In this document: one piece after another, positions 7,801 through 17,217 of the stretch
Layout: every line of letters begins with the position of its first letter
How positions within the stretch are numbered: the stretch's first letter is position 1
Origin: Akkermansiaceae bacterium
GTDB taxonomy: Bacteria; Verrucomicrobiota; Verrucomicrobiia; Verrucomicrobiales; Akkermansiaceae
Assembly (NCBI GenBank): GCA_051251915.1
Contig: JBPOGF010000016.1
Span: 1 to 64,000 of the forward strand
Direction: 5' to 3'
Length of the DNA stretch: 64,000 bases
Position numbers and translations under genes: made by a program
The notes under the pieces: generated by a model
What the model saw: only the letters and a program-made list of their open reading frames with translations
The model's database searches: none
Told to the model about the DNA's origin: nothing

Positions 7801-9897
7801 ATGAGTAGTGAGATACGAGAGGTGGCTGAGAGGGTTTTGTATGGGCAGAGCTTGGATGAGAAGTTGGCGGTGGGGGTGTACAAGGGGACGTCGCCTAGGG
7901 TGGTGACTGATGTGGTGCGGGAGTGTGGGTTGGTGATGCCGGAGCTGCCTGGGAGGCCGAGTGAGTTGATGATCAGTCCGCGTGGAGTGGATGCTGGTGC
8001 TGGTGGGGGCGGGTCTACTTTTCCGAAGGTGAATAGGATGGATGAGGCTGGGGAGCGTGGGAAGATGCTGCATTTTTTGGCGAACCATGAGTTGTTGGCG
8101 ACTGAGTTGATGGCGTTGGTGTTGTTGAAATTTCCAAATGCTCCGAGTGAGTTTAGGCAGGGGGTTTATGAGACGATGCGGGAGGAGCAGGCTCATACGT
8201 TGATGTATATGCGTCGGATGAAGGAGTGTGGGATGGAGTTTGGTGAGTTGCCAGTGAATGATTATTTCTGGCGGATGGTGGCGCCGATGGAGTGTCCGAT
8301 GGATTTTGTGAGTCGGCTGAGCTTGGTGTTTGAGCAGGCGAATTTGGATTATTCTTTGCATTATGGGCGGTTGTTTAGGGAGGTGGGGGACACGGGGACT
8401 GCGGCGGTTCTGGATAAGATTTATCAGGATGAGATAGGGCATGTGGGTCATGGGTTGAAGTGGTTTAGAAAGTGGAAGGATGAGGGGCTGACGGACTGGG
8501 CTGCATTTAAGAAGCAGTTGCATTTTCCGCTGACTCTGGCGCGTGCTAAGGGGATGGCGCCATATGATAGAGCGGGGCGTGATCTGGCGGGGATAGATGC
8601 GGAGTGGGTGGATGAGCTGGAGGTGATAGAACAGAGTAGAGGTCGGACGCCGGTGGTGCATTGGTTTAATCCGAATGAGGAGCTGGCTATGGCAGCGAAG
8701 GAGGGGGCAAAGTATCAGCCGAAGCGGGCGCATGCGTTGTTGGAGAAGGATTTGGGGATATTGCCGTTGGCGTGGGCGCGGCGGGATGATGTGGTGTTGG
8801 TGGATGAGATGCCGAGTAGGGAGCATTTGGTGAGGTTGAAACGGAATGGGTTTGTGATTCCTGAGTTAATGAAGCTCGGTGCGGATGAGGAATTGTTAGA
8901 GAGGAAGATAGGGGGGCTGAAGCCGTGGGCATGGGGGCCGGTGGCTAGTAGGTTGATGAGTAGGTATAAGGAGTGTGTGCCTGAGGTAGTGGATCTGGGA
9001 TGGATGGAGTGGGGTGGGGGTGATGCCGAGTTGTTTTCTAAACGGAGTGGGTTGAGGTTAGCGGAGTTATTAGGTGAGAAAGTAGGGCGGTGGTGTGATT
9101 CTGTGAATGGGGTGTTAGATTGTGTTAGAGAATTTGCGGAGGGTGGTGATGTTTTGTTAAAGGCGCCGTTGTCTAGTGCGGGGAGAGGGCATCTGAGGTT
9201 GCAGGGTGGTGAGTGGACTGCGGCTGCTAGGGCTTGGCTGGATAAGGTATTAGCTCAGCAGGGGGGGGTGGTGGTGGAGCCTTGGCTGGAACGGGTGATG
9301 GATTTTTCTGCGCAGTATGAAGTGAGTAAGGATGGGATTAAGTTAGTGGGGATGACGCGGGTGATTAATGATCCTGCGGGGAGGTATTTGGGGACTTTTG
9401 TGCATCATAAGTGGACTAGTGGGTTGGAACCTACGTTGACTGAGTTTTTGTTTAGAGAGGCGGGGGTGATGCAGTTGTATAAAGTGGAGGTTCCCAAATT
9501 GTTGGGAGAGTTATTAGATGATGATTACCGAGGGAACTTTGGAGTGGATGCGATGGTTTATGAAGCTGAGGGAGACTTGCAGTTAAGGAAGGTGGTGGAG
9601 GTTAATCCGCGTATGACAATGGGAAGAGTGGCGCTGGAGTTGCTTAGGAAATCCGGTTTTGCGGGGGCTGGATTTTACCAGATATTGCGTAAGTCTAAGT
9701 TGGGAGACATTGGTGAATGGCTTGAAATGTTAGGATGTGATCGATTGGAAGAGAGGTCTGAAAGTGGAATGGAGAATACGGAGACTAGTATCAGTTGTCC
9801 GTTAAATGATCCGCATTGTGCGCATGAGTTTATTGCTATTTGGCACCTTAGATCGAATACTAATGAGGTTATGGAACGTTTATTTTATAAGGGGTGA
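7801..9897 (+). CDS. DUF455-type ferritin-like diiron domain fused to an ATP-grasp ligase domain
   Basis: HELLA / EEQAH / EQAN / DEIGH diiron ligand pattern; C-terminal KAPLSSAGRG, VVEPWL, FGVD, EVNPR ATP-grasp motifs. Confidence 0.8.
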   Translation: MSSEIREVAERVLYGQSLDEKLAVGVYKGTSPRVVTDVVRECGLVMPELPGRPSELMISPRGVDAGAGGGGSTFPKVNRMDEAGERGKMLHFLANHELLATELMALVLLKFPNAPSEFRQGVYETMREEQAHTLMYMRRMKECGMEFGELPVNDYFWRMVAPMECPMDFVSRLSLVFEQANLDYSLHYGRLFREVGDTGTAAVLDKIYQDEIGHVGHGLKWFRKWKDEGLTDWAAFKKQLHFPLTLARAKGMAPYDRAGRDLAGIDAEWVDELEVIEQSRGRTPVVHWFNPNEELAMAAKEGAKYQPKRAHALLEKDLGILPLAWARRDDVVLVDEMPSREHLVRLKRNGFVIPELMKLGADEELLERKIGGLKPWAWGPVASRLMSRYKECVPEVVDLGWMEWGGGDAELFSKRSGLRLAELLGEKVGRWCDSVNGVLDCVREFAEGGDVLLKAPLSSAGRGHLRLQGGEWTAAARAWLDKVLAQQGGVVVEPWLERVMDFSAQYEVSKDGIKLVGMTRVINDPAGRYLGTFVHHKWTSGLEPTLTEFLFREAGVMQLYKVEVPKLLGELLDDDYRGNFGVDAMVYEAEGDLQLRKVVEVNPRMTMGRVALELLRKSGFAGAGFYQILRKSKLGDIGEWLEMLGCDRLEERSESGMENTETSISCPLNDPHCAHEFIAIWHLRSNTNEVMERLFYKG

Positions 9898-10078
9898 TCT
9901 AGGGAACTGTCTGCGAGAGAATGGTTTGTTAGAGAGGCTGAAAAAAATGATCAGGAATATTCACAGCGAGCTTGACGTGGTGGGATCAGTTGTTCAGTGT
10001 GCTAAGGTAGCATAAGCGCATTTCACAGTATTGTGGATGAAGCCTTAACATTAATCTCTAATCACTTAAAATTTCACC

Positions 10079-11749
10079 GTGTATTCCAACGAAGACTACC
10101 TCTTAGAACTGATCGCCGACCATGGGCTGATCACGCTTGATGATATAAACATTTATCGCAGTAACTTGGCAGGCCATCAGAGCGTGATTGAGCTGATGAT
10201 ACAGGAACAAAAAGTCACCGAAGAACAGGTGGCCCAAGTCTGTGCTGAAAGTTCAAGCGTGGACTTTATTGACCTAATCCATACGCCGATAGCCCCGGAT
10301 GTGTTTAGTGCCATGCCTGAGGATGTGGTGCGAAGATTTAAAGCTGTGCCTGTGGCTGATAGCGGTGGCTATCTCACAGTAGCGCTTGCTGACCCTTTGA
10401 ATTTCGAGGCTTTGGATACATTGCCACATATTCTTGGAAGAGAAATTACTCCAGTTTGTGCGACTCCTAGTGCGATAGATCAGACGATCAAACAAAACTA
10501 CGGAGCTGCTGATGATGAGCTCGATAAGAGTAAAGAAGGCTTGAGCTGGGGTGGTGATGAAGAAGGAGAAGTGGACGATGCTCCGATCATTAAACTCGTT
10601 TCTCATATTTTAATTGAAGCATTCAACATGCGGGCTAGTGATATTCACATTGAGCCGCTAGAAACTTCGTTGCGAGTCAGATACCGTGTGGATGGTAAGC
10701 TGATAGAAATTGATAATCACCCACGAAAACTTCTGCCAGCAATTGTGGCTCGTTTGAAGGTGATGAGTGGAACGATGAGTATCGCGGAGAAGCGGATGCC
10801 TCAGGATGGTAGAATTCAAATTCACGTGGCTGGCAAAGAGGTAGATCTCCGTGTGTCTAGTGTCCCTAGTAACCACGGTGAGAGTATCGTGATGCGTATT
10901 CTTGATAAGACTGCGTTGCTGTTAGGTTTGCCTGAGCTCGGCTTCCTCTCAGATGATCAGGATACATTTAAAGAAATGATTGGTCTTCCAGATGGAATTA
11001 TCCTGGTGACTGGTCCTACTGGTAGTGGTAAAACAACCACACTATATGCGTGTTTGAACGTGATTAACCGACCAGATAAGAAGATTATTACGGTGGAAGA
11101 TCCGGTGGAATATGAAATGCCAGGAATTAACCAAGTCATGGTGAAGACCGAGATCGGGATGACATTTGGTGCGGCACTCCGAGCGATGCTCCGACAAGCT
11201 CCGAATATCATTATGATTGGTGAGATTCGAGATGCGGAGACTGCTAATATTGCGATTAACGCGGCGCTTACCGGTCACTTGGTTCTCTCCACACTCCACA
11301 CTAATGATGCACCAAGTGCTGTAGCGCGTCTTGCTGATATTGGGGTGAAGAAATTCCTTATTGCCTCTGCTGTGAGAGCGATTATTGCACAGCGATTGGT
11401 CAGGAAGCTTTGCCCTGTATGTAAGGCACCGGCTGAGTTGACTGAGCGTGAGCTAAGGATGCTTAACATTGATGGTGGACAGATGAATGACAGCTCGATC
11501 TACGGACCTACAGGCTGTGAAAAATGTCGAACATCTGGTTATAAAGGCCGTATGGGCTTGTTTGAGATCTTCAAGATTGATGAAGAAGTTAGCCATATGA
11601 TCAATGATGATCTCTCATCACCGCAGCTAAGAAAACGTGCGCGTGAGTTAGGGATGAGAACACTCCGAGAGGATGGTATTAGGAAAGTGCTTTCAGGTAT
11701 GACCTCAGCTGAGGAAGTGATAGCAGTGACAATGGCTGATGGGATTTAA
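10079..11749 (+). CDS. GspE/PilB family secretion ATPase (copy 1)
   Basis: ASDIHIEP, GPTGSGKTTT, TVEDPVE, LRQAPNIIMIGEIRD, LTGHLVLSTLHTN, CPVC/CEKC. Confidence 0.95.
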   Translation: MYSNEDYLLELIADHGLITLDDINIYRSNLAGHQSVIELMIQEQKVTEEQVAQVCAESSSVDFIDLIHTPIAPDVFSAMPEDVVRRFKAVPVADSGGYLTVALADPLNFEALDTLPHILGREITPVCATPSAIDQTIKQNYGAADDELDKSKEGLSWGGDEEGEVDDAPIIKLVSHILIEAFNMRASDIHIEPLETSLRVRYRVDGKLIEIDNHPRKLLPAIVARLKVMSGTMSIAEKRMPQDGRIQIHVAGKEVDLRVSSVPSNHGESIVMRILDKTALLLGLPELGFLSDDQDTFKEMIGLPDGIILVTGPTGSGKTTTLYACLNVINRPDKKIITVEDPVEYEMPGINQVMVKTEIGMTFGAALRAMLRQAPNIIMIGEIRDAETANIAINAALTGHLVLSTLHTNDAPSAVARLADIGVKKFLIASAVRAIIAQRLVRKLCPVCKAPAELTERELRMLNIDGGQMNDSSIYGPTGCEKCRTSGYKGRMGLFEIFKIDEEVSHMINDDLSSPQLRKRARELGMRTLREDGIRKVLSGMTSAEEVIAVTMADGI

Positions 11750-11809
11750 GTTTGCCACCAGTTTTAAGACACAATTTAGTAATTAATTTTAAGAGTTTAG
11801 AAAATAACA

Positions 11810-13483
11810 ATGGATAATCAACAAGTCATAGACCTCTTCATGGCAAGGGGCTTAGTAGATAAGTATTTGGCACAAGATATGATCACCTCAATGGAGACCA
11901 GTGGCAAAAATATCGCTGAGACACTTGCAGATTTCGATATCGTATCGGATAAAGATGACATCTGGCCAGTGATCGCCTCTGAGATGGGAGCAGAAATGGT
12001 CGATCTCTCACAGTTCGAACCACCAGAAGAGCTTCTCGGGTTAATCCCTGGGGGAATGGCTCGTCTGCATGGAGCATTTCCGGTGAATGTAGCGGCTGAG
12101 GGCTTGTATCTTGCGCTCGCTGATCCACTTAATCCGCAGGCTGTGGAGGATCTCCGATTTGCTCTTGGTAAGGAAATCATCGTGGTGGTTGCACCTGATC
12201 ATATTATTGAGAAGAAGATCGAGGAATACTATGGCGGAGGTAGCAGTGATAGTATGGGGGATGTACTCAGTCAGCTTGATGCGAAAGGGTTGAGCGATCT
12301 TTCTGCAGAAGAGCTAGAATCTGAAGCGAACTCCGCACCGATTATTCGTTATGTGGACTTGGTGATGTATCAGGCTATCAATGAGCAGGCATCAGATATT
12401 CACTTCGAGCCATTTGAGAAGGAATTCAAGATCCGCTATCGTGTGGATGGTTCTTTGTTTGAGATGTCACCACCGCCTATGAATCTCGCTCGTGCGATTA
12501 TTTCCCGATTGAAGGTGATGTCTAACATGAACATCGCTGAAACACGTATTCCTCAAGATGGACGTATTGTGAAAAACATTGGTGATAAGCAGGTGGATAT
12601 GCGTGTATCATCATTACCTACTCAGCATGGTGAGAGTGTCGTGTTACGTATTCTTGATAGAAGTAACGTGAATCTAGAGCTAGACGTTCTGGGTCTGCCT
12701 GACGAAATGTTTAGTTATGTGGTAGATACGATTCATAAGCCAAACGGAATTTTCATTGTAACTGGTCCTACTGGTGCGGGTAAAACCACAACACTTTACG
12801 CTGCTCTGCGTAAGATCAATACGATTGATGCGAAGCTTCTCACTGCGGAAGATCCGGTGGAATATGACATTGACGGAATTATTCAGATTCCGGTGAATGA
12901 GGCGATTGGTCTGGATTTCCAGCGAATTTTGAGAGCCTTCCTCCGTCAAGATCCGGACCGAATCCTCGTAGGGGAGATTCGTGATAAGGAGACTGCGCAG
13001 ATTTCTATTCAGGCATCACTGACTGGTCACTTAGTTCTCTCCACTCTCCACACCAATGATGCAGCAGGAGCTGTCACTCGTTTGGTGGATATGGGAGTTG
13101 AGCCATTCCTTGTAGCGGCCTCGCTTGAGGGAGTATTAGCTCAGCGACTTGTTAGAACAATCTGTAATGAATGTAGAGCTTCTTATGAACCGAGCGAAGC
13201 GCTCATTAACCAGTTAGGTCTATCACCACATGAATTAGGTGATAAGGAGTTCTACACTGGTCAGGGCTGTGATGTATGCGGTAACGGTTACAAAGGTCGA
13301 CAAGGTCTTTTCGAGCTGCTTGACGTTACTGATCCGATCCGCGAACTGATCACCAAACGAGCACCGTCAGTGGTGATCAAACAAAAAGCGATAGAGCTCG
13401 GTATGCAGACACTTCGAGAAGATGGTCTCCGTAATATTTATACTGGCTCGACGACCATTGAAGAGGTGCTCAAATACACCTAA
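11810..13483 (+). CDS. GspE/PilB family secretion ATPase (copy 2)
   Basis: ASDIHFEP, GPTGAGKTTT, LRQDPDRILVGEIRD, LTGHLVLSTLHTN, CNEC/CDVC. Confidence 0.95.
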   Translation: MDNQQVIDLFMARGLVDKYLAQDMITSMETSGKNIAETLADFDIVSDKDDIWPVIASEMGAEMVDLSQFEPPEELLGLIPGGMARLHGAFPVNVAAEGLYLALADPLNPQAVEDLRFALGKEIIVVVAPDHIIEKKIEEYYGGGSSDSMGDVLSQLDAKGLSDLSAEELESEANSAPIIRYVDLVMYQAINEQASDIHFEPFEKEFKIRYRVDGSLFEMSPPPMNLARAIISRLKVMSNMNIAETRIPQDGRIVKNIGDKQVDMRVSSLPTQHGESVVLRILDRSNVNLELDVLGLPDEMFSYVVDTIHKPNGIFIVTGPTGAGKTTTLYAALRKINTIDAKLLTAEDPVEYDIDGIIQIPVNEAIGLDFQRILRAFLRQDPDRILVGEIRDKETAQISIQASLTGHLVLSTLHTNDAAGAVTRLVDMGVEPFLVAASLEGVLAQRLVRTICNECRASYEPSEALINQLGLSPHELGDKEFYTGQGCDVCGNGYKGRQGLFELLDVTDPIRELITKRAPSVVIKQKAIELGMQTLREDGLRNIYTGSTTIEEVLKYT

Positions 13484-13571
13484 CAAAAGTAAATGGAAAT
13501 TACTCATCTTTGAGCTTTCCATACACCTCACAAATAGTTTAAAACTAACCTAACTCAGAACACACACACAT

Positions 13572-14858
13572 ATGGCGCATTTCCAATATCTAGCACTTGA
13601 TGCTAAAGGCGAACAAACGACAGGCTCAATAGAAGCGGGCTCCGAAGCGGATGCTATCACTCAAATTAGAGCGCAAGGACTCTACCCTACTCAAGTAGTA
13701 GAACAAGGTAAAGGGACACTTAATGCAGCATCTACGAGAGGTAAATCATCAGTAGGCAGTAAGGGTAAAGCGAAAGCTAAAGCGAAGAAAGTCTCTGGAG
13801 GCAAAGTGAAGCCAAAGGTAATGATGATTTTCACACGCCAGCTCGCGACCTTGATTGATTCAGGTCTTCCTCTTCTTAAGGGTCTTAACGTGTTAGCTAA
13901 GCAGGAACCAAATCCGGTTCTTAAGTCTACTATTAACAGCATTGCAGATTCGGTTCAGGGTGGTTCTACATTCTCTGAGAGTCTGTCACAGCATCCCAAA
14001 CTTTTCAACAAGCTCTATGTGAATATGGTGAAAGCCGGTGAGCTTGGTGGTGTTCTTGAAGTCGTACTTACACGTCTTGCGGAATACATGGAGAAAGCGA
14101 ACAAGTTGAAAAACAAGATCGTATCTGCCATGGTTTATCCTTTCATCGTGATGTTCATCGCGGTTGCTATTTTGGTTTTCCTCATGGTGGTCGTAGTTCC
14201 TCAGTTCAAGAAGATGTTTGATGACATGGATCAGCAACTTCCCGCGATCTCTGAATTTGTATTCAACTTCTCTGATGCTTTGATGGCGAATGTTATCTTC
14301 ATGCCTGTAGTTGTCTGGCTAGTATTAGGCTTTATGCTGATCGTTTTCTTATTCAACAGATGGGGCACAACTGCTTCTGGACGAGAAGCAATCGATGGAT
14401 TTAAACTTAAGATGCCGCTATTAGGTGACCTTCAGCGGAAGAGTGCTATTTCAAGATTCAGCCGAACTCTTGGAACGCTAGTAACTTCTGGTGTGCCGAT
14501 CCTTCAGGCTCTTAACATTACGAGTGATACAGCAGGTAATGTGGTGGTATCTAAGGCGATTAACAACATTCACGGAGCTGTTAAAGAAGGTGAATCAATC
14601 GTTACTCCAATGTCATCGAGTAAGGTTTTCCCTCCGATGGTCATCAGTATGGTAGACGTTGGTGAAGAGACTGGTAAGCTTCCAGACATGTTGCTTAAAG
14701 TAGCTGATGTTTATGATGATGAGGTGGACAACGCAGTATCTGCGCTTACTTCGATCATTGAACCACTCATGATCATTATCCTCGCGGTTATCGTGGGAAC
14801 CATTGTTGTAGCGATGTTCTTACCACTAATCAAGATGATGAACTCAGTGGAGCAGTAA
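13572..14858 (+). CDS. GspF/PilC inner-membrane platform protein
   Basis: FTRQLATLIDSGLPL, GELGG.L..VL.RLA, SAMVYP, GEETGKLPDML, IEP. Confidence 0.95.
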   Translation: MAHFQYLALDAKGEQTTGSIEAGSEADAITQIRAQGLYPTQVVEQGKGTLNAASTRGKSSVGSKGKAKAKAKKVSGGKVKPKVMMIFTRQLATLIDSGLPLLKGLNVLAKQEPNPVLKSTINSIADSVQGGSTFSESLSQHPKLFNKLYVNMVKAGELGGVLEVVLTRLAEYMEKANKLKNKIVSAMVYPFIVMFIAVAILVFLMVVVVPQFKKMFDDMDQQLPAISEFVFNFSDALMANVIFMPVVVWLVLGFMLIVFLFNRWGTTASGREAIDGFKLKMPLLGDLQRKSAISRFSRTLGTLVTSGVPILQALNITSDTAGNVVVSKAINNIHGAVKEGESIVTPMSSSKVFPPMVISMVDVGEETGKLPDMLLKVADVYDDEVDNAVSALTSIIEPLMIIILAVIVGTIVVAMFLPLIKMMNSVEQ

Positions 14859-14913
14859 GCCACTCGACAAATCAATATAAACTCGCAATTTAAGCGAACA
14901 AAGGTATATTATC

Positions 14914-14944
14914 TACGCGGCAGGAAGTTATTTCCTGCCGCGTA
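14914..14944 (+). other. 13-bp perfect stem-loop in the pilin leader
   Basis: tacgcggcaggaa-gttat-ttcctgccgcgta, no U tract, just after TATATT (14905-14910). Confidence 0.5.
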
Positions 14945-14958
14945 AACCACTTAAACAT

Positions 14959-15561
14959 ATGAAATTAACTGTTCAAAAACAACATTTAGATACTTTCAGT
15001 AGGTTTGCGTCTGCTAGAAAAGGTTTCACCCTCATTGAGGTTCTCGTAGTGATGGCGATCATCGCCAGTCTTGCTGGAATTGGATTTGGTGTGTTCTTTA
15101 AAATGAACGAGTCTGCCCGAGAAGGAGAGACTAGAACGATGATCAATGCTGTAGCAGCCGCTATGGAAGCTAGAGCGGCAGATATCTCTTCAGCTCAGCG
15201 TGCTGACGTAGGGATTACAAGTGGATTTACATTTCCGAATGGAAGTGGTGGAGATGATAGTTCTGAGATACTAATTCAATATATTAGTGGCGATTTTGAT
15301 GGTGACGGAAATATTGATGAAGGAGCTGAAACTGTATTGCCAGAAGTGGTAGTGGGATCAGGAGATGGTAATTCCTATATCGAAGAAGTCGGAAGCAGTT
15401 GGGTGATTGTTGATTCATGGGGCAATCCTATCCGTTATACATTCCCTGGAGTTTATAATAATCAGGATGATGGTTTTGATCTAGAGTCTGCTGGTCCTGA
15501 TAAAGAATTTGGATCAGGTGATGGAGATGCATTATCCGATGATAATATTATCTTGAAGTAG
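14959..15561 (+). CDS. Prepilin/pseudopilin with GspG-like C-terminus
   Basis: Type III signal RKG|FTLIEVLVV; DSWGNPIRY..PG and FDLESAGPD. Confidence 0.9.
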   Translation: MKLTVQKQHLDTFSRFASARKGFTLIEVLVVMAIIASLAGIGFGVFFKMNESAREGETRTMINAVAAAMEARAADISSAQRADVGITSGFTFPNGSGGDDSSEILIQYISGDFDGDGNIDEGAETVLPEVVVGSGDGNSYIEEVGSSWVIVDSWGNPIRYTFPGVYNNQDDGFDLESAGPDKEFGSGDGDALSDDNIILK

Positions 15562-15614
15562 TAAGGCGAAAGGACTTTTACTACTCATAAAATCTAACTA
15601 AAATTAAGTTTAAT

Positions 15615-15646
15615 GTCTGGTCATCTAAGGGTGGCCAGACTTTTTT
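15615..15646 (+). terminator. Intrinsic terminator
   Basis: gtctggtcatc-taag-ggtggccagac-tttttt. Confidence 0.8.
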
Positions 15647-15807
15647 ATGGTGGGCAATGATGATCAGAGTAGGTGGGGCTTTGTAGCTTTAGTTGAGAGG
15701 TATGAGGTATTTACGAAAATGTTGCTATCTAGTTGAAATTTGCTGGTATTCAGTTATGTATAGGCATGTGGGGTGTGGCCAGGGTTGAGTTACTCCCATT
15801 GATCGTC

Positions 15808-17151
15808 ATGTCAGAATCAAATTATAACTGGAAAAGTGTGCGTTACGGCTCAAGTCGTCAGGCATCGCACTCGGATCACCTCACTCGGTGGATTCTGATT
15901 GCTGTATTTCTAGCTATTGTTTGCCATATTATTGTTTTGGTGGCTATGAAGAAGATGCCTATATTCTTTAACTCTACCGACTCTAAGGAGGTGATCACGC
16001 AAAGCGTGGTGGTGCGGAATGTGATGGATCGTGAATACATCGAGCCGTCTCAAGACAAAATAGCACCGGAGATAGCGCCTCCTACGGAAACGGCTAAGAA
16101 CTTACTTGAAGAGCTAGAGATGCTTGAGGAAGCTCCGGAGGATATGGAAATTGATTTCTCACCGACTATTGAAGAGCCAGAGATGCACGTTCCTATGGAA
16201 GCGCAGGCTATGGCTGGTGATCTAGATGCTACTGCTGAGGAGCTTACTGCGGGTTTAGAGATCACTGAAGATATAGCAGACCTGGGCAGTACGGATGATT
16301 TTCTTACACCTGCTGTGGGGCAGATCACGATTGATCCAGGGAAGCAAGCGGCGGATGAATTTGATCCTGATAAATTTAATACAGAATTGGCCAAGGGGGC
16401 TGGTGGAGAAACAAGGGAAGGGGTCATGGAAGGCTTTACGCCGTTGGCTGAAATGACGCGTCTTTCGCAGTCAGATTTGGAAAAGGCTAAGGGGATGATT
16501 GGTTCAGATTTACTGTATGATTTTAATAAGGCGATCCTGCGCGAGAGTGCTAAGAACAGCCTGCTCAAGGTCGTGTTGATTATTGATAAGAACCCGAATA
16601 TGAAATGCTGGATTGAGGGGCACACGGACTTGATAGGAACGGATGAAGCTAATGCGAAGCTTTCACTGGCGAGAGCGGAAGCGGTAAAATATTGGTTGGT
16701 TCATTCAATGAGAATTCCAGAAGAGCGGCTTTTTGTCAGAGGGCTAGGAAAATCTCAGCCGATTGTGCTTACTGGTAATCAGGATGAGCAAGCGGTTAAC
16801 CGTAGGGTAGAAATCAAGATGCGTAAGAATTCGCCGCCTGAATACCGAGGGCGAGAATTTGGTGTGGAAGATAAACCTGTGGTGAGGCAGCCTAGAATCA
16901 TCAAACCACTTAGAGATCCTAACCAAGAAGCTTTACCTAGCTCAGGTAATGAGACAATAGTAGACTCTCCGCCTCCACCTAGAGCTGTGCCTGTGGAAGA
17001 TGATGACCCTCAATCTCTCGTAGATCCGTTAATACCATCTCTGCCAGATGATCCTGTTGAGCCTGCGCCTCCGAAAGCGATACCGGTGGAAGATGATCTT
17101 TTAGAGGATCCGTCTGAGCCTGCTCCGCCGAAAGCCATTCCAGTGGAGTGA
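15808..17151 (+). CDS. OmpA-like peptidoglycan-binding membrane protein with Pro-rich tail
   Basis: N-terminal TM; IEGHTD..G..N..LS..RA and NRRVEI; ATG at 15808 preferred over track start 15733. Confidence 0.85.
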   Translation: MSESNYNWKSVRYGSSRQASHSDHLTRWILIAVFLAIVCHIIVLVAMKKMPIFFNSTDSKEVITQSVVVRNVMDREYIEPSQDKIAPEIAPPTETAKNLLEELEMLEEAPEDMEIDFSPTIEEPEMHVPMEAQAMAGDLDATAEELTAGLEITEDIADLGSTDDFLTPAVGQITIDPGKQAADEFDPDKFNTELAKGAGGETREGVMEGFTPLAEMTRLSQSDLEKAKGMIGSDLLYDFNKAILRESAKNSLLKVVLIIDKNPNMKCWIEGHTDLIGTDEANAKLSLARAEAVKYWLVHSMRIPEERLFVRGLGKSQPIVLTGNQDEQAVNRRVEIKMRKNSPPEYRGREFGVEDKPVVRQPRIIKPLRDPNQEALPSSGNETIVDSPPPPRAVPVEDDDPQSLVDPLIPSLPDDPVEPAPPKAIPVEDDLLEDPSEPAPPKAIPVE

Positions 17152-17217
17152 TTTTTGACCTAGATTAGAACACGGTTTACAGTTGCATGGGGGCTGGAAA
17201 CGGGTAGTTTCCACGTT

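Noticed and set aside
7720..8826. 368-aa minus-strand ORF and similar antisense ORFs (e.g. 24234-24779, 16050-16625, 17581-18201)
   Set aside because: They shadow well-supported genes, have H/P/L/S-rich low-complexity translations, and are expected from the strong strand skew.
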